From the human T2T-CHM13v2.0 reference genome, Homo sapiens, in assembly GCA_009914755.4 (NCBI GenBank), contig CP086569.2:6560001-6624000 (forward strand): a stretch of 64,000 nucleotides of DNA, given 5' to 3'. The notes under the pieces were generated by a model. That model saw only the letters and a program-made list of their open reading frames with translations. It was not told the DNA's origin and did not search any database. A program made the position numbers and the translations under genes. This document shows positions 11,510-27,482 of this stretch, one piece after another. Each line of letters opens with the position of its first letter. The stretch's first letter is position 1.

Positions 11510-14176
11510 TTTCCCTCTTAAATTTTAGGACTATAACTGTATACTTTTATTTTTTAAATTACCATATAGTAAAATTGGCTCTTTGGTTGTGTAGCTTTAT
11601 GTGTTTTGATGTGTGTATAGATGGATGTCATAATCAGGAGAGAGAACATTCCCCTAAGCCCAGAGATGTCCATGGTGCTATCCTCCACAGCATGTTTCTC
11701 GGCAGTCACTCTGCCCCCAGCCCCAAACATGGGGCACCTGCCTGTAGGTGCCACAGAAGGCAACATCATGGCCTGTTAAATACAGTAAGACATTCTTCTT
11801 CAAAGGGTTAACTTGTTGAACTTTCCTTGTCCTTTGTTCCCTGCTTTCAAGGCCAGACTCCCTTACTCTCTGTGTTCCTTTGCCCTGGGAAACAACCTTC
11901 CTCTTGGTCTTTATCTATAGAGTCCACATTCCACATCTGCTCCTCACTCTGTAAATCATCCCTCCGGTCGAAACACTCTCTGTCTCCACTAAAACTGTTT
12001 TCTCACTATTGTAACCACATCCCTGCACTTCTCAAATTAGCCAATTGGGTTCAGCTTAGATTGTGCAGTCCAACTCTAGCCAACAGATACTGGACATGGC
12101 AGTAGGAGCCCAATGAATTAAAGATAAAGTGACTGCTTTCCTTTGTTCAGAGTGCTTTCATGGTGACCAAACTAATGAGCAGCACCCTTCTGCAGAGGTA
12201 AACTTTGCCTTGCTGAGAAACCAATTGTTGGCGTGTTTATTTCATTTATGACTTTGAGCTTTATTTCTAACATGGCCCAAAGTAATCCTCTTTTCTTGAA
12301 CACATGGTAGAATGCCCTAGGTGAATCCCTCCAGTCTTCCAGTACCATCCTTGACTCCTCTCTCTGATGACACATGAACTTTATGCTTTTGCACACTTCA
12401 GGCAACACCAAAAGAAAGGAAAAGAACAGCTTAGCTTCTTAATGTGTGTAAGAAACCACAGTGAAAAAAAATCAGGTGTGTTGTTGAGGCTGCTAAAAGC
12501 TTTCCTTTTTTTTCTGTGCCAGTTCTCGCTGCCTCATTGGTTGAGATGGGATGTCTTTTTTGATGTCCTCTTTAGAGAGTGTTATCCTCACCTTTTTGCA
12601 TAGTCCTACCAAAAGACACCTCACATGCAAAGTGTAACAGAAAATTACAGTCATGACTTTAGTTTTAAAAACAGGACGTATATTCATGAAGAATGTTTGC
12701 TGTTTTCCCAGTGGGTTAATCATATGAATATAAAACAGACTAAAAATATCAAGTTGTTTTTGCATTTATTTATTGTAGAAATAAAATGGATTGCTACCTC
12801 TGAGCTTCTGAGAAGCTGTTAACCTGTGTTTTACTTTGGGTCATAATGTCGCTTTCTGTGATCTCATATGAAGTGACGTTTTCTAGAATAATCCTTATTC
12901 TGGTATTTCGGGGTCTTTTATTCTGCCTGAAGTGGTTGTGTGAAGTCACAGAATATGTGCATGTCCTCCTATGTAGAGTTAAAGGGCTGAAAGAGTGGCC
13001 TCAAGCCTTCCCCTCCCTCCCAGGTGTGAAAATTTGGATTTCAAGGTCTGGGAGGCCATGTTTTTTTCAGACCGGTTAAGGATGATCATTTTATGTTAAA
13101 TAAACATTGGGATAAACTTACAGTTGTTTATGTCCTGTGCCTAGATGAGCAGTTTTCCCATGATTAAAATAAGCAGTATTTTGGTAAACATTGGTAAGTT
13201 ACACATTTTAGTTTAGGAAGCCACAGCAAGTCAGAAGGCTCTTTGTGCCGCTGGGTGCCACTGAGTGATTCCTGGCAGTGCGGCAGTTCTCCAGCCCCAG
13301 GAGACCCTGTGAAAGCAGCACAAACAATGCTTATGGCAAAACTCACAGTGCTGTGCTGTGGACCTTGCTGGACCATAACAAAGGGGGACGTGGGAATAAA
13401 GACAAAAAAGAGTATATTTGGAAGAAGGGGTCAGGGGCTCCTTGCTTCTACTGAACTTCCTAGAGCCCTTCATATTTATTGAGTAAAGGAGATAGGGAGA
13501 AGGGGGTGGTTGTGGTCAGCTGCTTGACTGTGGTCATGCAGGTGTGCATGACTGCATTCTCTGAACAGTAGTCTCCAGATGTTCAAGTAGATAACTTCAA
13601 TGAGCCTGCTACCAGGGAGTGACTGCCCTCAGCAAACCTTCTGGCAGCAGGTGCAGATGTGAGTTTGCACACATCCTGCATTCATGATAAACAGTTTGCT
13701 GTTTGATCATATAGCCTCCACTGGAATGCTGAGTTCGTCACAATCCTCAGGCTTTTAGCTCCCAACAGTGTTTATTCTTGACCTGGGTGTCTACCCTAAA
13801 TTCATGTCATTTTTCCTATCTTGGTGGATGTAACTGGAATGCTTTAAAGAAAATATGAGAGTTTTGTCTGCATGTTTCCCTTGAGCCTGGAACTGAGATT
13901 ATGACCCCAGACAGCCTGCACAGGGCTCTTTCCTTTCAGGAACACCTGCTTAGGCTAGAATACCAGAGGAGGGAGAAGGTTAGGCTCTCCCTGTCTTGGT
14001 AACTTTCCTAGTCAGCTCTCCAAGATGCCAAAACCTTCCTTCATGTTTGTTGGGAACTGTATCCCTAGCACCATGATGTTGGAGCAAGAAGAAGGATACA
14101 TGTCCCTTTTGGGTAGCTTGACTCATTCCAATTATGGACCTGCTTGTTGTTAGGGTCTGTGTGAATGTGCAGTATT

Positions 14177-15693
14177 CTTTTTTTGAGATGGAGTCTCACT
14201 CTGTCACCTGGAGGGCAATGGTGCTGTGTCCGGAATTGGTGGCTTCTTGGTTTCATTGACATCAAGGATGAAGCCGTGCACCCTCACGGTGACTGTTACA
14301 GTTCTTAACGATGGTGTGTCCGGAGTTTGTTTCTTCAGATGTTCAGATGTGTCCGGAGTTTCTCCCTTCTGGTGGGTTTGTGGTCTCGCTGACTTCAGGA
14401 GTGAAACTGCAGACCTTCATGGTGTTAAACAGCTCTTAAAGGCAGCACGTGTGGAGTTGTTCCTTCTGGTGGGTTCTTGGTCTTGCTGGCCTCAGGAGTG
14501 AAGCTGCAGACCTTCATGGTGAGTGTTACAGCTCATAAGGGCGGTGTGGACCCAAAGAGTGAGTAGCAGCAAGATCTACTGCAAAGAGCAAAAGAACAAA
14601 GGTTCCATAGCACCGAAGGGGACCTGAGCAGGTTGCTGCTGCTGGCTATCTGGCCCCACCCACATCCTACTGATTGGTCCGTTTTGCAGAAAGCCAATTG
14701 GTCTGTTTTGACAAGGTGCTGATTGGTGGGTTTACAATCCTTTAGCTAGACACAAAAGTTCTCCAAGTCCCCACTAGATTAGTCAGACCCAGAGTGCTGA
14801 TTGATGCATTTATTTACAAACCTTTAGGTAGACAGAGTGCTGTTTGGTGCGTTTACAGTCCTTTAGCTAGACACAAAAATTCTCCAAGTCCCCACTAGAT
14901 TAGCTAGACACAGAGCGCTGATTGGTGCGTTTACAAACCTTCAGGTAGACACAGAGTGCTTGGTGCGTTTACAAACCTCTAGTTAGACACAGAGTGCTGA
15001 TTGGTGTGTTTACACAATCCTTTAGCTAGAAAGAAAAGTTCTCCAAGTCCCCACCCATCCCAGAAGCCCAGTCAGGTTCACCTCTCACTGGCACGTGCTG
15101 CAGGACTCTGTGGCACCCAGCCCGGGCACTCCGGCAGCCCAGAGGGAGCCTACTCCCCCGACGAAGCCCGGCAGGTGCCGGCCAGCTGCGCCAAGTGCGG
15201 GGCCGCGGAGGCCACAGCCCACCCAGAACGCGCGCAGGCCGAGACCGCGCGCAGCCCCGGCTCCCGCCCACGCTTTTACCTCCACATCTCCCCAGGAGCA
15301 GAGGTAGCCGGCTCCGGCCTCCGCTAGTTCCAGAGAGGGGCCCCCACAGTGCAGCAGGGGGCTGAAGGGCTCCTTGAGCGTGGCCAGAGTGGACGCCTAG
15401 GCAGAGGAGGCACCGAGAGCAAGCGAGGGCTGCTAGCATGTAGCCACCCCTCAGTGCGATCTCAGCTCACTGCAGCCTCCACCGCCTGGGTTCAAGCAAT
15501 TCTTCTGTCCCAGCCTCCTGAGTAGCTGAGATTACAGGTGTGTGCCACCATGCCTGGCTAATTTTTGTGTTTCTAGTAGAGATGGGGTTTCATCATGCTA
15601 GCCAGGTTGGTCTCAAACTTCTGACCTCACGTGATCTGCCTGCCTTGGCCTCTCAAAGTGCTGGGATTACAGGTGTGAGCCACCGCGCCCGGC
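14177..15693 (-). repeat. Alu element split by a nested LTR12 insertion (Alu parts 14177-14224 and 15454-15693)
   Basis: The Alu 3' part (ttttttgagatggagtctcactctgtcacc...gcaatggtgc) and the Alu 5' part (cagtgcgatctcagctcactgcagcc...caccgcgcccggc) are separated by the LTR12. A 17-bp TSD (tgtgaatgKgcagtatt) flanks the composite at 14160-14176 and 15695-15711, showing it was a single Alu insertion. Confidence 0.8.
14225..15453 (+). mobile_element. Solo LTR12 (HERV9 LTR), copy 1, with CpG-rich 3' portion
   Basis: Starts tgtgtccgg and ends ...ccacccctca (TG...CA). It has the 5' repeats ...tggtgggttYgtggtctcgctgacttcaggagtgaa... and the tandem gctgattggtgcgtttacaaaccttYagctagacacagag U3 repeats containing ATTGG/CCAAT that are characteristic of LTR12. 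These are followed by a ~375-bp CpG-rich segment. A 4-bp TSD GTGC flanks it (14221-14224 and 15454-15457). Confidence 0.8.
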
Positions 15694-15851
15694 TGTGAAT
15701 GGGCAGTATTATTCAATGCTGCAAGCATTTTTGCTTGGCTGAATTGCCTGATAGATAGGAATTTGGAGAAAAAGAAGTTTACGTATATATGTGGTGGCAC
15801 TTTATTTCTTACATCAGTAATAAATCATTTATTTACTTTTATTTTTTATTT

Positions 15852-16145
15852 ATTTTTTTGAGACAGAGTCTTGCTCTGTCGCCCAGGCTGGACTGCAGTA
15901 GTGCGTTCTTGGATCTTCACTTACTATAAGCTCTGCCTCCCAGGTTCATGCCATTCTCCTGCCTCAGCCTCCTGAGTAGCTGGGACTACAGGCACCTGCC
16001 ACCATGCCTGGCTAATCTGTATTTTTAGTGGAGACGGGGTTTCACCGTGTTAGCCTGGATGGTCGTGATCTCCTGACCTAGTGATCCACCCCCCTCAGCC
16101 TTCCAAAGTGCTGGGATTACAGGCGTAAGCCACCACGCTGGGCCT
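15852..16145 (-). repeat. Alu element
   Basis: tttttgagacagagtcttgctctgtcgcccaggctggactgcag... through ...aagccaccacgctgggcc. Confidence 0.85.
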
Positions 16146-16169
16146 ATAACAAACGATTTACTTATCTAT

Positions 16170-16444
16170 TTTTAGAGACAGGCCCTGTTACTCAGGCTGA
16201 AGTGCAGTGGGGCAATCACAGTTCATTGTGGCCTCAACTTCCAGGGCTCAACTGATACTCCTCAAAGTAGCTGAGACCACATATGCATGCCACTATGCCC
16301 TGCTTTAAAAAAAAAAATTCTTAATTTTTGTAGAGACAGGTCTTGCTGTATTGCCTAGGTTAGCCTCGAACCCCTGAACTCAAACAGTCTTCCTGCTTTG
16401 GCCTCCCAAAGTGCTGACATTACAAGTGTGAGCTGCCACACTTG
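16170..16444 (-). repeat. Alu element (older, diverged)
   Basis: tagagacaggccctgttactcaggctgaagtgcagtggggcaatcac... with many substitutions. Confidence 0.7.
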
Positions 16445-16634
16445 GACAACAAATACTTTAATATAGTGATACCATATAAACTCATTTTAAGAACTGGAGA
16501 AAAATTCAGTAGGACTGAGCCATGATTTCCATTTCTGGTGCACTGTGGGTGATACTTAGTGTGAACCTGGACACCTGTGCTCCTTCAGTTGTTCATATAT
16601 CTTGTCATCCATGGGAAGATGAGAAGTGAAGTTG

Positions 16635-16951
16635 GGCCAGGTGCGGTGGCTCACGCCTGTAATTCCAGCACTTTGGGAGGCTGAGGCGGGCGGATCACGA
16701 GGTCAGGAGATTGAGACCATCCTGGCTAACACGGTGAAACCCCGTCTTACTAAAAATACAAAAAAATTAGCTGGGCGTGATGGCGGACGCCTGTAGTCCC
16801 AGCTACTCAGGAGGCTGAGGCAGGAGAATGGCGTGAACCCAGGAGATAAAGCTTTCAGTGAGCCGAGATTGCACCACTACACTCCAGTCTGGGCGACAGA
16901 GTGAGACTCTGTCTCAAAAAAAAAAAAAAAAAAGAAAGAAAGAAAAGAAAA
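16635..16951 (+). repeat. Alu element with A-tail
   Basis: ggccaggtgcggtggctcacgcctgtaattccagcactttgggaggctgaggcgggcggatcacgaggtcaggag... ending in a poly-A/(GAAA)n tail. Confidence 0.9.
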
Positions 16952-17614
16952 AGTTGAGTGGAGTTCTGTCATCAGAGTCTGCCATGCAAAAATTGGTAGT
17001 GCCAGTATGCAAACGTAATTCCCAGCTGCCATAAAAGTCCAGGTGGCTTCACAGTTTTTGATTGTATTTTCTAAAAGCAGCTGAATAGGGAATTGAAGTC
17101 CCTGCCATTTGGTTCATTTGGGGGTCAGAATAAACTTGGGTCCTTGCCTTCAAATCTTTCAAGAGAATCTTATCATGCATTCTAGTTCTATACAATTGTA
17201 ATGCCAGCTCCATGTAGATAAAAACTCAAGAATTCAAAATTATAAACTTGAAAATGGCAATTGCCAAGTTCTGTCAGTCACACATCAGTCTGGGAGACAT
17301 GATTTGGTTTAATTCCCATTTTGATTTTGGAAAAAAGTCACATTTGGCTTGCTTTGTTTCACCAAGACACACTGGTGGTTCTGTCCCAATTTCAGCCACT
17401 TCCAGTGATCTGTATTAGGATACTTCAAAAACCCTAACCAGAAGAGGCAATCTTTGAGGTGCACCCAGCTCAGAAGCTGGTGAAAATAAGAATGATTAAT
17501 CTCTTCTGGGCAGTACATGACAGAAATTATCATAGACCATATGAGAACAGGGAGAGAAACTTGTGGGTATTACATGTCATGCTGTGCTCTGATAAAAAGA
17601 AGGTTGTGGATATT

Positions 17615-18270
<656 letters not shown>

Positions 18271-18951
18271 GCTGTGCTCTGATAAATTTCATGGGACTCA
18301 GTATGATTTCTTTAAGTTGGTAGTCTCCAAATTTGGGGAAAGGACAGGGACAGAAATGACTTGCCTCAGGTTTTAATTCTTGAAAGTGTCTCCCAGGTGA
18401 GTTTTATGCCCTCTGGCAGGTGCACAGCAAGATTTATTGGTGTGCAGGGAGAAACTATGAAAATGCTCTCTAAAAATATCCAACAGTTGCAAAAAATACA
18501 TATTTTCTTTGAAAACATACATATGATATTAGTTGAGTATTTTATATATTTAATAAATAAATTACATGACTTAGCAGCACCTGCTTAAAACTTTGACTGA
18601 TAAGGTTACACACACATGAAAAAGATCACTGATGTAGGTCCCCAAAGGCTAGAAGAGAGGGTGATACTAAAGTCCCTGGATGCAGGTGGGACACAGTTGT
18701 ACTCCCGTTTCCTTTGGCTTTAGCTGCTCAGGTATGTGTGAGCTTGCGTGTGCATGTATGTGCACTAAGTAACTTTGATATCCACCAGCTTAAAGATCAG
18801 GCATTGCTCCAGAGAAGTACAGATATTAGTGATTTGACTTATTGAAGAAAGAACATGGAGTGACAGGACTGCACTTTTTGGATCTGGTGTATTCTGTATG
18901 TTGTTTTCTTAAATTTTATTTATGTATTTATTTAACTAATTTATTTATTTT

Positions 18952-19228
18952 GAAATGGAGTCTTGCTCTGTTGCCCAGGCTGCAGTGCAGTGTGTAATCT
19001 CAGCTCTCTGCAACCTCTGCCTCCCGGGTTCAAGCAATTCTCCTGCCTTAGCTTCCCCAGTAGCTGGGACTACAGGTACATGCTACCATGCCTGGCTAAT
19101 TTTTGTATTTTTGGGAGAGACGGATTCACCATGTTGGCAAGGTTGGTCTTGATCTCCTGACCTTGTGGTTCATCTGCCTAGACCTCTCAAAGTGCTGGGA
19201 TTACAGATGTGAGTCGCCGTGTCTGGCC
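18952..19228 (-). repeat. Alu element
   Basis: gaaatggagtcttgctctgttgcccaggctgcagtgcagtg... through ...gtgagtcgccgtgtctggcc. Confidence 0.85.
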
Positions 19229-19265
19229 TATTATTTTTTATTTTTTTGTTTTCCAAATTATGTAT

Positions 19266-19556
19266 TTTCTTTTTTTCAAGACAGAGTTTTGCCTTGTTGC
19301 TGAAGCTGGAGTGCAGCAGCACTATCTAGACTCACTGCAACCTCTGCCTCCTGGGTTCAAGTGATTGTTTTGCCTCATCCTCCCAAGTAGGTGGGACTAC
19401 AGGTGTGCCACCACGCCCAGCTAATTTTTATATTTTTAGTAGAGACAGGGTTTCACCGTTCTGGCCAGGCTGGTCTCAAATTCCTGACCTTGTGATCTGC
19501 CCGTTTTGGCCTCCTAAAATGCTGGGATTATAGACATGACCCACTGTGCCCAGCCT
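19266..19556 (-). repeat. Alu element
   Basis: Reverse-complement Alu consensus with a T-rich head. Confidence 0.85.
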
Positions 19557-19852
19557 TTTTTTATATTTTGAAACAGAGTTTCACTCTTATTGCGTAGGCT
19601 GGAGTGCAACGGCATGGTCTTGGGTCACTGAAACTTCTGCCTCCCAGGTTCAAGGGATTCTCCTACCATAGCCTCCCAAGTAGCTGGGATTACAGGTGTG
19701 CACCACCACAACACGTCGAGGTAATTTTTTGTATTTTTATTAGAGATGGGGTCTCACCATGTTGGCCGGTGTTGAACTCCTGACCTCAGTTGATCACCCG
19801 CCTTGGCCCCACAAAGTGCTGGAATTACAGGTGTGAGGCACTGCACCTGGCC
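19557..19852 (-). repeat. Alu element
   Basis: Reverse-complement Alu consensus. It directly abuts the previous Alu, making three head-to-tail minus-strand Alus at 18952-19852. Confidence 0.85.
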
Positions 19853-22809
19853 TGCGTGTTGTTTTAAAGCTGAAAAAATATGTTTTAGAACTAGATGACA
19901 GTATCTTGTTTGCTGGTGCATGAGGAAATCTTGGAAAAATGCTAAGCATTTTATGACTCTCCAGTGTTTTCATAATCTGTAATTCTGTTTATAAATCAGT
20001 CACTTTCATTGAAAGGTGCTGTTGGTGTTGTGGAGAGTTAGACATTTTGCTGCAGAGATGGTTGACTTTAAAAGATAGCAACATGAAATAGTGCCAGAAA
20101 TGGGTTGTTATAAAAGTTCTTGTATGCCTTAAATCTGGCTTTTTTTTTTCCAGACACGTATTTCGTCTGTTGTGGTTATTGTTAACAGTTTTGTTTTTGC
20201 ATTTCACATTAGAGTTTTTTTTTGTTGTTGTTGTTGAGAAAATTGTCATTTGGTTGCTGCTACGTTACTGGTGTTACAGAGTGAATAAATGTAGAAATTA
20301 CACACAGGATTCAGACCACATTATGGGTTGTGGAGGTGAGAAATAGGACTCACCGCCAAACTTAAGGTCTTTTGGCTGAGCCCATTTGCTGAGAATAGCT
20401 GAAGATTTGGTTTTCATCAGGCTAAATGCCAGCCAACTTCAAGTAGTTCCAGGTTTCCAGATCAGATTTTTAGTTTGTTTAACTTTTAGTTTAACTGAGA
20501 GGATTGACATACCAGCTTTTGTTTTTATGTATTATTTTTGGGGTTTGCATCTATTTTCTCCTTTGTGAATAATGCATTTGCAGTGTAACTTTGTTATATG
20601 AAATGATGCTTATATACTGGTGCAGTGCATTAAAAAGCCTACAGGGAACAATACTTGTAGATTTGTATGTATTGATGTCACAGGTTCCTTGGGGTGTTGC
20701 TTTGCCCGAGGAAAACCTTTGTGGGAGGTGGTGCCTTCTGCCTTAGTTTTGCTCAGGCCTGCTGGGTTCATTCCACCCACTTGGCCTGGGAGGCTGTACT
20801 TGGCTTGTGCTACTGGCCTGGATCCCATGCCTGCCAAGGGTGAGCCAGGCACAGGGCACTGGGGTGTCTGTGTGAATGTGGGGTGCTGGCTCCGTGTGAG
20901 ACTGTGGCTAGACCAGATGTACCACATGTGGCTTTTGTTGTGGGCGTCTGCATCTGGACAAGGAGAACGTGGTGGCACCCAGAAGATTGGAGACATGAGG
21001 AACTGCAGAAAGCCAAAGAGGGTATCACAGCCCTGGCTTGGGTATCCCACTTTGAAAATCCACAACTCATCTCTCCTCATTGCCTGCAACATGGTAAACA
21101 GGGAGGGAGGGGTGTGTTTTAGCCCTGTTTGTGTTACAGATCTTTCAGTCCCACCATTTGGTGGGTCCTGAGTTCTTATCCCACATCCAGGAAGAATGTG
21201 GTACGTAGACAGTTGGTAGGGGAGCAAGGTGGAGAGAAGCTTCATTGAACAACAGAACAGCTCTCAGGAGACCTAAAGTGGGTAACTCCTTTCCACAGGC
21301 AGGTCATCCTAAAGTCTAGCTGATACTGGCTGAGTCCGGAGTTTTTATGGTCTCAGAAGAGAGGAAGTGTGTGCTCATTGATCCATGGGGTCCATGAATG
21401 TACCCAAAGAAAGCACCATAAGCTCTGACTTCTGGCCACAGACTCCACCCCGAACTGGCAGCCTGGTCCCCAGGCTTCAGGCCATCCCTGGCCTGAAGGT
21501 GGGATTTCACCAGGAACCCACCCTTTCCTGCCTAGGAACCTATCTGCCTCCCATGTCCATCAACATGCTGTCCATGGTGCCTAGGCTGTCCAAGCTGAGG
21601 GGTGCCTGCAAGCCTGCACTGAGCTACCCTTGGCCTTCCAGCCTCCTTCTTGTGCTCATCAGTGCCCAAAGTCTGGAGGGGGTCAAGGTGGCAAAGGCTG
21701 AGCATGTCAGTGTTGCCTCAAGTGTGTACACACCCAGCTGGGTCACAACAGCACTCAGGCTTGGCTTCAACTTTGCTCTGAAATTGGAGCAGGTGCTGGG
21801 ATTGGGGAGAGGCCAGGCAGCATGATCAGGCACTTCTGAGCCTGTGGGGGCAGTGCCTTCCTGGGCCCCTGAGAGTAGTGGTATGCCCGGGTACAACTGT
21901 GGCTGGGTGGTTGCAGCTGCACCTAGAAGGGTGGGCCTCTGTGTTCCCAGCTCCTGATGGGAACACTATGGAGTGTGCGGCCTCAGCCAGGCCTGCCCTG
22001 CTTCAGCTAGCATTTTCCAAGCAGCTGCTCCAGATGGGCCGCCGCTACCATCACCAACAGGATAACGCATAGCTGAGCATGGTTCATGCTCATCTTTTGC
22101 TAAAGTGAAATATTTATGTCTACTTTTCTTTAAAAAAAACCCTGTTACTTCTCTTTATAGTAATACTTCATTGTTCACTGTAAAGAGAAAGTAGAATTTT
22201 TAAGTATCTCGTTTCATGCACCTGTCTCCACTCTCCAGAGACCAGTGCATTTAGGTCCCCATAAGACCGTTATAATAAAGTGTAAATAAAGCAAATGCAG
22301 AGTATATTTGGGGACATACTTTGTATGCCCCCACAGCCCCACCCTTATAAGAGAAAAGAGATGGCATAATGTATTTTGCGTTTAGCCAGATGCTTTGAGA
22401 TTTACACAGGTGACTTCATATTGCAAGCAGGTCAGTGGAAAACCACTGAATTGCTTCAGCTGTGAACTAGAATCCTCTCCTGTCTCTGTTGTTGGGTGAC
22501 AACACTCGTAATTATTCATTTGCTTATTTGCCAGCCAAATCACCATATGTAGTATCTCAAAAGTGTATCTCACAGAATGACCCTAAGCAGGTTGACCTCT
22601 GAAGCCTGCACCAGAGTTGACTTTATTTCCTAAGTGATGACTTTATTTCCTGTGCTTGTGAAGGGCAACTGTCTAGGTAGAGTTTCTGGGTGTTTGAGGT
22701 GCAAGAGGTACTTAAGGAAATGAATAATAAGGCCAAATGGTAAAAGCCCCAGGGACATGGAATCTCTGAATATGCTAACCTCCAGAGAAACTATGAAAAC
22801 AAATTAGTT

Positions 22810-23757
<948 letters not shown>

Positions 23758-24805
23758 TTATGGCATTGTTGAATTACTATCTATATAATTTATATCAGTG
23801 ACAGCAGTAACTTCTCATTAGGAAAATAGGCTTACTAAAATTAGCAGCTTTCATCTTTATACGGAAATCAATTTTAGCTGGAATAATTGTATGCGAAGCT
23901 TTATAATTGGAAATTTGAAGTCAGCAAAATTACTTTAGTTACGTTAGTGTACTCAAACAAAATGTAGAATAAGATTAGTTCATGGGAACATTTCATTTTT
24001 ATCTCAGTCAGCACTGGTCATACCCACCCAGTAGTTAGATAGTTTCTAGTTAAATTTTGTAATTTTTTGAACATCCTGGACATGTTTTACAAAATTAGAA
24101 ACACTAGTTGCAAAAAGAGGTTGTATGTTTTAATTATTTCCCAGTTCATCTTTAACTGCAATAAAAACACAGGGTAAGTTGTCCTTTTTGAATTTTCTTT
24201 TCTTTACGTGTCTGGCAAACAGAGGACCAAGCCTGGGGATCATTAATCTGCTTTTTCTGCGTGATGTTGTAAGGGAAGTTTGGGCTGGATTCATAGTTTG
24301 CTGTCTAAAAGTAAATGTTCAGCCTTTTCTAGTTCCCTGTTTTATTTACTTTTCCATTCAATGTCCTATATTTGGACAACAAATAAATTTTTCTGATGGG
24401 TTTCTGTTGGCCCGGATGTTCATCCCAGTGGAAATTCTTTCCTTCCACACCACTGGGTTGGGAAGTGTTTGCTGGTATTTGGCTTTCTGTATCTCCTGGA
24501 GTTGTCTTAGATACATTGTGTATTCAGGTTGGGCAGTCATTCCCTTTGCAAGCTCTGTGTTACTTTGTTTCATTTGGCTTTGCCGTAAATGTTTGCCCTT
24601 GGCTTGCCAAGATGTCAGCTTGTGATGTTTCATTTAACTTAGAATTATTGAGCCTGACCTAAAATTAAATGTTTTCTTAAACATTGTTAATTGAGATATA
24701 AGTGACATAGAAGTCACCTCTTTGAGGTGTATCATTCAATGAGTTTTAGTAAATTTACTTGGTTTTGTAGACATCACCATAATCTAGTTTTAGAACATTT
24801 TCTTT

Positions 24806-25100
24806 CTTGTTTTGTTTTGAGACAAGAGTCTCACTCTGTCGCCCAGGCTGGAGAGCAGTGGTGTGATCTTGGCTCATTGCAGCCTCCACTTCCAGGTTCA
24901 AGCCATTCTCCTGTCTCAGCCTCCTGAGTAGCTGGGATTATGGGCATATGCCACCACACCCGGCTAATTTTTGTATTTTTAGTCGAGATGGGGTTTCACC
25001 GTATTGGCCAGGCTGGTCTTGAACTCCTGATTTCAGGTGGTCTCCCTGCCTCGGCCACCCAAAGTGCTGGTATTACAGGCCTGAGCCACCATGCCAGGCC
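24806..25100 (-). repeat. Alu element
   Basis: Reverse-complement Alu consensus, flanked by a 16-bp TSD agttttagaacatttt (24784-24799 and 25101-25116). Confidence 0.9.
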
Positions 25101-25118
25101 AGTTTTAGAACATTTTGA

Positions 25119-25600
<482 letters not shown>

Positions 25601-27064
25601 TGAGACCTGACTTAGTCACTTTGCCTCGCACTCTCCTCACCAGGAAGGGTAGGTGGGGAAAGGGGAAAGAAGGCAAGTATAATAGCCTAATGGGCATTCC
25701 ACCTCAGTTTTCTCATCTGTAAAATCAGGATAATGATGGACTTTTTGCAGGCTCTAAATGTGAAATCCCATGGGAAGTAATTAGCTGGAAATGTGGCATA
25801 CTGAGGGAGCTCATTGTTTTTGTGTTAACAGTAGGAAATGCTGCATAAAGAAGGTGGGAAATGAGCTACCTGTAGAAAGATGGCCTAAGTCCCTGGAAAG
25901 CTGAGGGCACACACCCCTTATGCTGCCCCTGTCTTTCATCGTGAAAGAACCTGCCTGTGAACCTCATGCTTGGAGGGAAGCTGGATGTTGGCCCAGGATA
26001 TACCTTTGCTGTGTTGTCCTCAATCCAGGGCAGAAAGCTCCCAATGTACAGGTTGATTATTATAAAGGAAGAAGGTGTGTTCTTGGAATGTAATGGGTAG
26101 AGGCCAGCAATGGCCTCCTTCAATACAGAGGATGGTCCCCTCCTCTGCCAACAAAGAGTTATCCAGCTCCAAAAGGTCAGCACTGGGGAGGTTAAGAAAT
26201 CTGGCCTTAGAAGTTTTGCACCTGCTGATAGCTGTAAATGAGGTACTTACATTCTCCATAATGAAGTTGAAGGAATAAAAATCCCATGGAGCTTATGAAA
26301 GAAATACAAGTGTCTTTTAGTCTGCATATATTCCGTGGAAATAGGGAATATTCCATGGAAATAGGGATTTCCCTCTAAAGCAAAAATGATAAGACTTTCA
26401 AGCTTGAGTTTTGAAGGAAAAAAAAAAAGACTTTCAAACCTGTTAGAAGCATTCATTTACCAGTGAAAAGTAAAATGTTTTGTAGGCAGAGAAACCATGA
26501 CCGTCCCTTGGCTTCAATCTGATGGTCATGTTCATCTGTGTCTGTTCCCTGAATAACGAGTGTCCACACCTGCCCCCCTTCTCTACTTAATACTTATTAG
26601 TGAGTGCTAACTCTCCTCCTTTCCTGCCTGGCTGGGCCTTTTTCTCCTTCTCCCCTGAAGCTTGCTGCATCTGCTTTCCTCCCTCTCATTAGCTTTGATT
26701 TGTGCTCCTAGGTATCTTTTTGCCTGCCCCAAGCTCATTTTCCCCAACCACGCTCCACTCCCAGGTGATAGCTAATTGTATACTTATTTCAAAGAATCCA
26801 AGCACTGTAGAGTTCTTTCCTTCCTTATCTAGCAGAATCACCAGTTCTGTCTAGAGGGCAACATTATGGATTTTTCTCTACCACTTTCAACTGTCCATAC
26901 ACAAATATGTAGTCTGCTGTTTTTATCTAAATGGACTGTTATTAGTTTCACTCTGTCTGCTTTCCATATTTTTGTATCTTGATGGAGGTATATTGAAATA
27001 CAGTAAGCTAGACATTAAGGTAGAGTTTAGCCCATCTTTTCTTTCTTTTTTGGTATATTATTCA

Positions 27065-27482
27065 TAGAGATGGGGTCTCACTCTTGTCCAGGTTGATGTC
27101 AAACTCCTGGGCTGAAGCAGTCCTCCCACCTTGGCCTCCCAGGGTGCTGGGATTACTGGTGTAAGCCACCACACCCAATCCTTTTTTTTTCCTTTTTATA
27201 TCAAGATCTTGCTTTGTTACCAGGCTGGAGCCCAGTGGCACAGTCCTGCAGCCTTTGCCTCAACCCTTGTGATCGAGCGATCCTACCACCTCAGCCTCCC
27301 AAGTAGCTGGGACTAAATGCATGCCACTATACTTGGCTAATTTTCTTTTCTTTTCTTTTTCTTTTTTTTTTTGGTAGAGAAGGTTTTTTTCCAAATTGCC
27401 CAGGCTGCTGGTCTTGGACTCCTAGACTTAAGGGAGATCCTCCTGCCTCAAGCACCTCCCAAAGTGTTGGGATTATAGGTGT
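27065..27482 (-). repeat. Cluster of three partial Alu/FLAM-like monomer fragments
   Basis: 27065-27180, 27183-27345 and 27360-27482 each carry ...cctcccaRRgtgctgggattacWggtg... segments plus T-rich heads. All three are truncated. Confidence 0.6.

Noticed and set aside
20610-21245. A 211-aa minus-strand ORF that fully overlaps a 183-aa plus-strand ORF.
   Set aside because: Mutually antisense ORFs of similar length in moderately GC-rich DNA are typical of chance. There are no recognisable motifs or start context. I could not exclude an old LTR-derived sequence, but there is no support for a gene.
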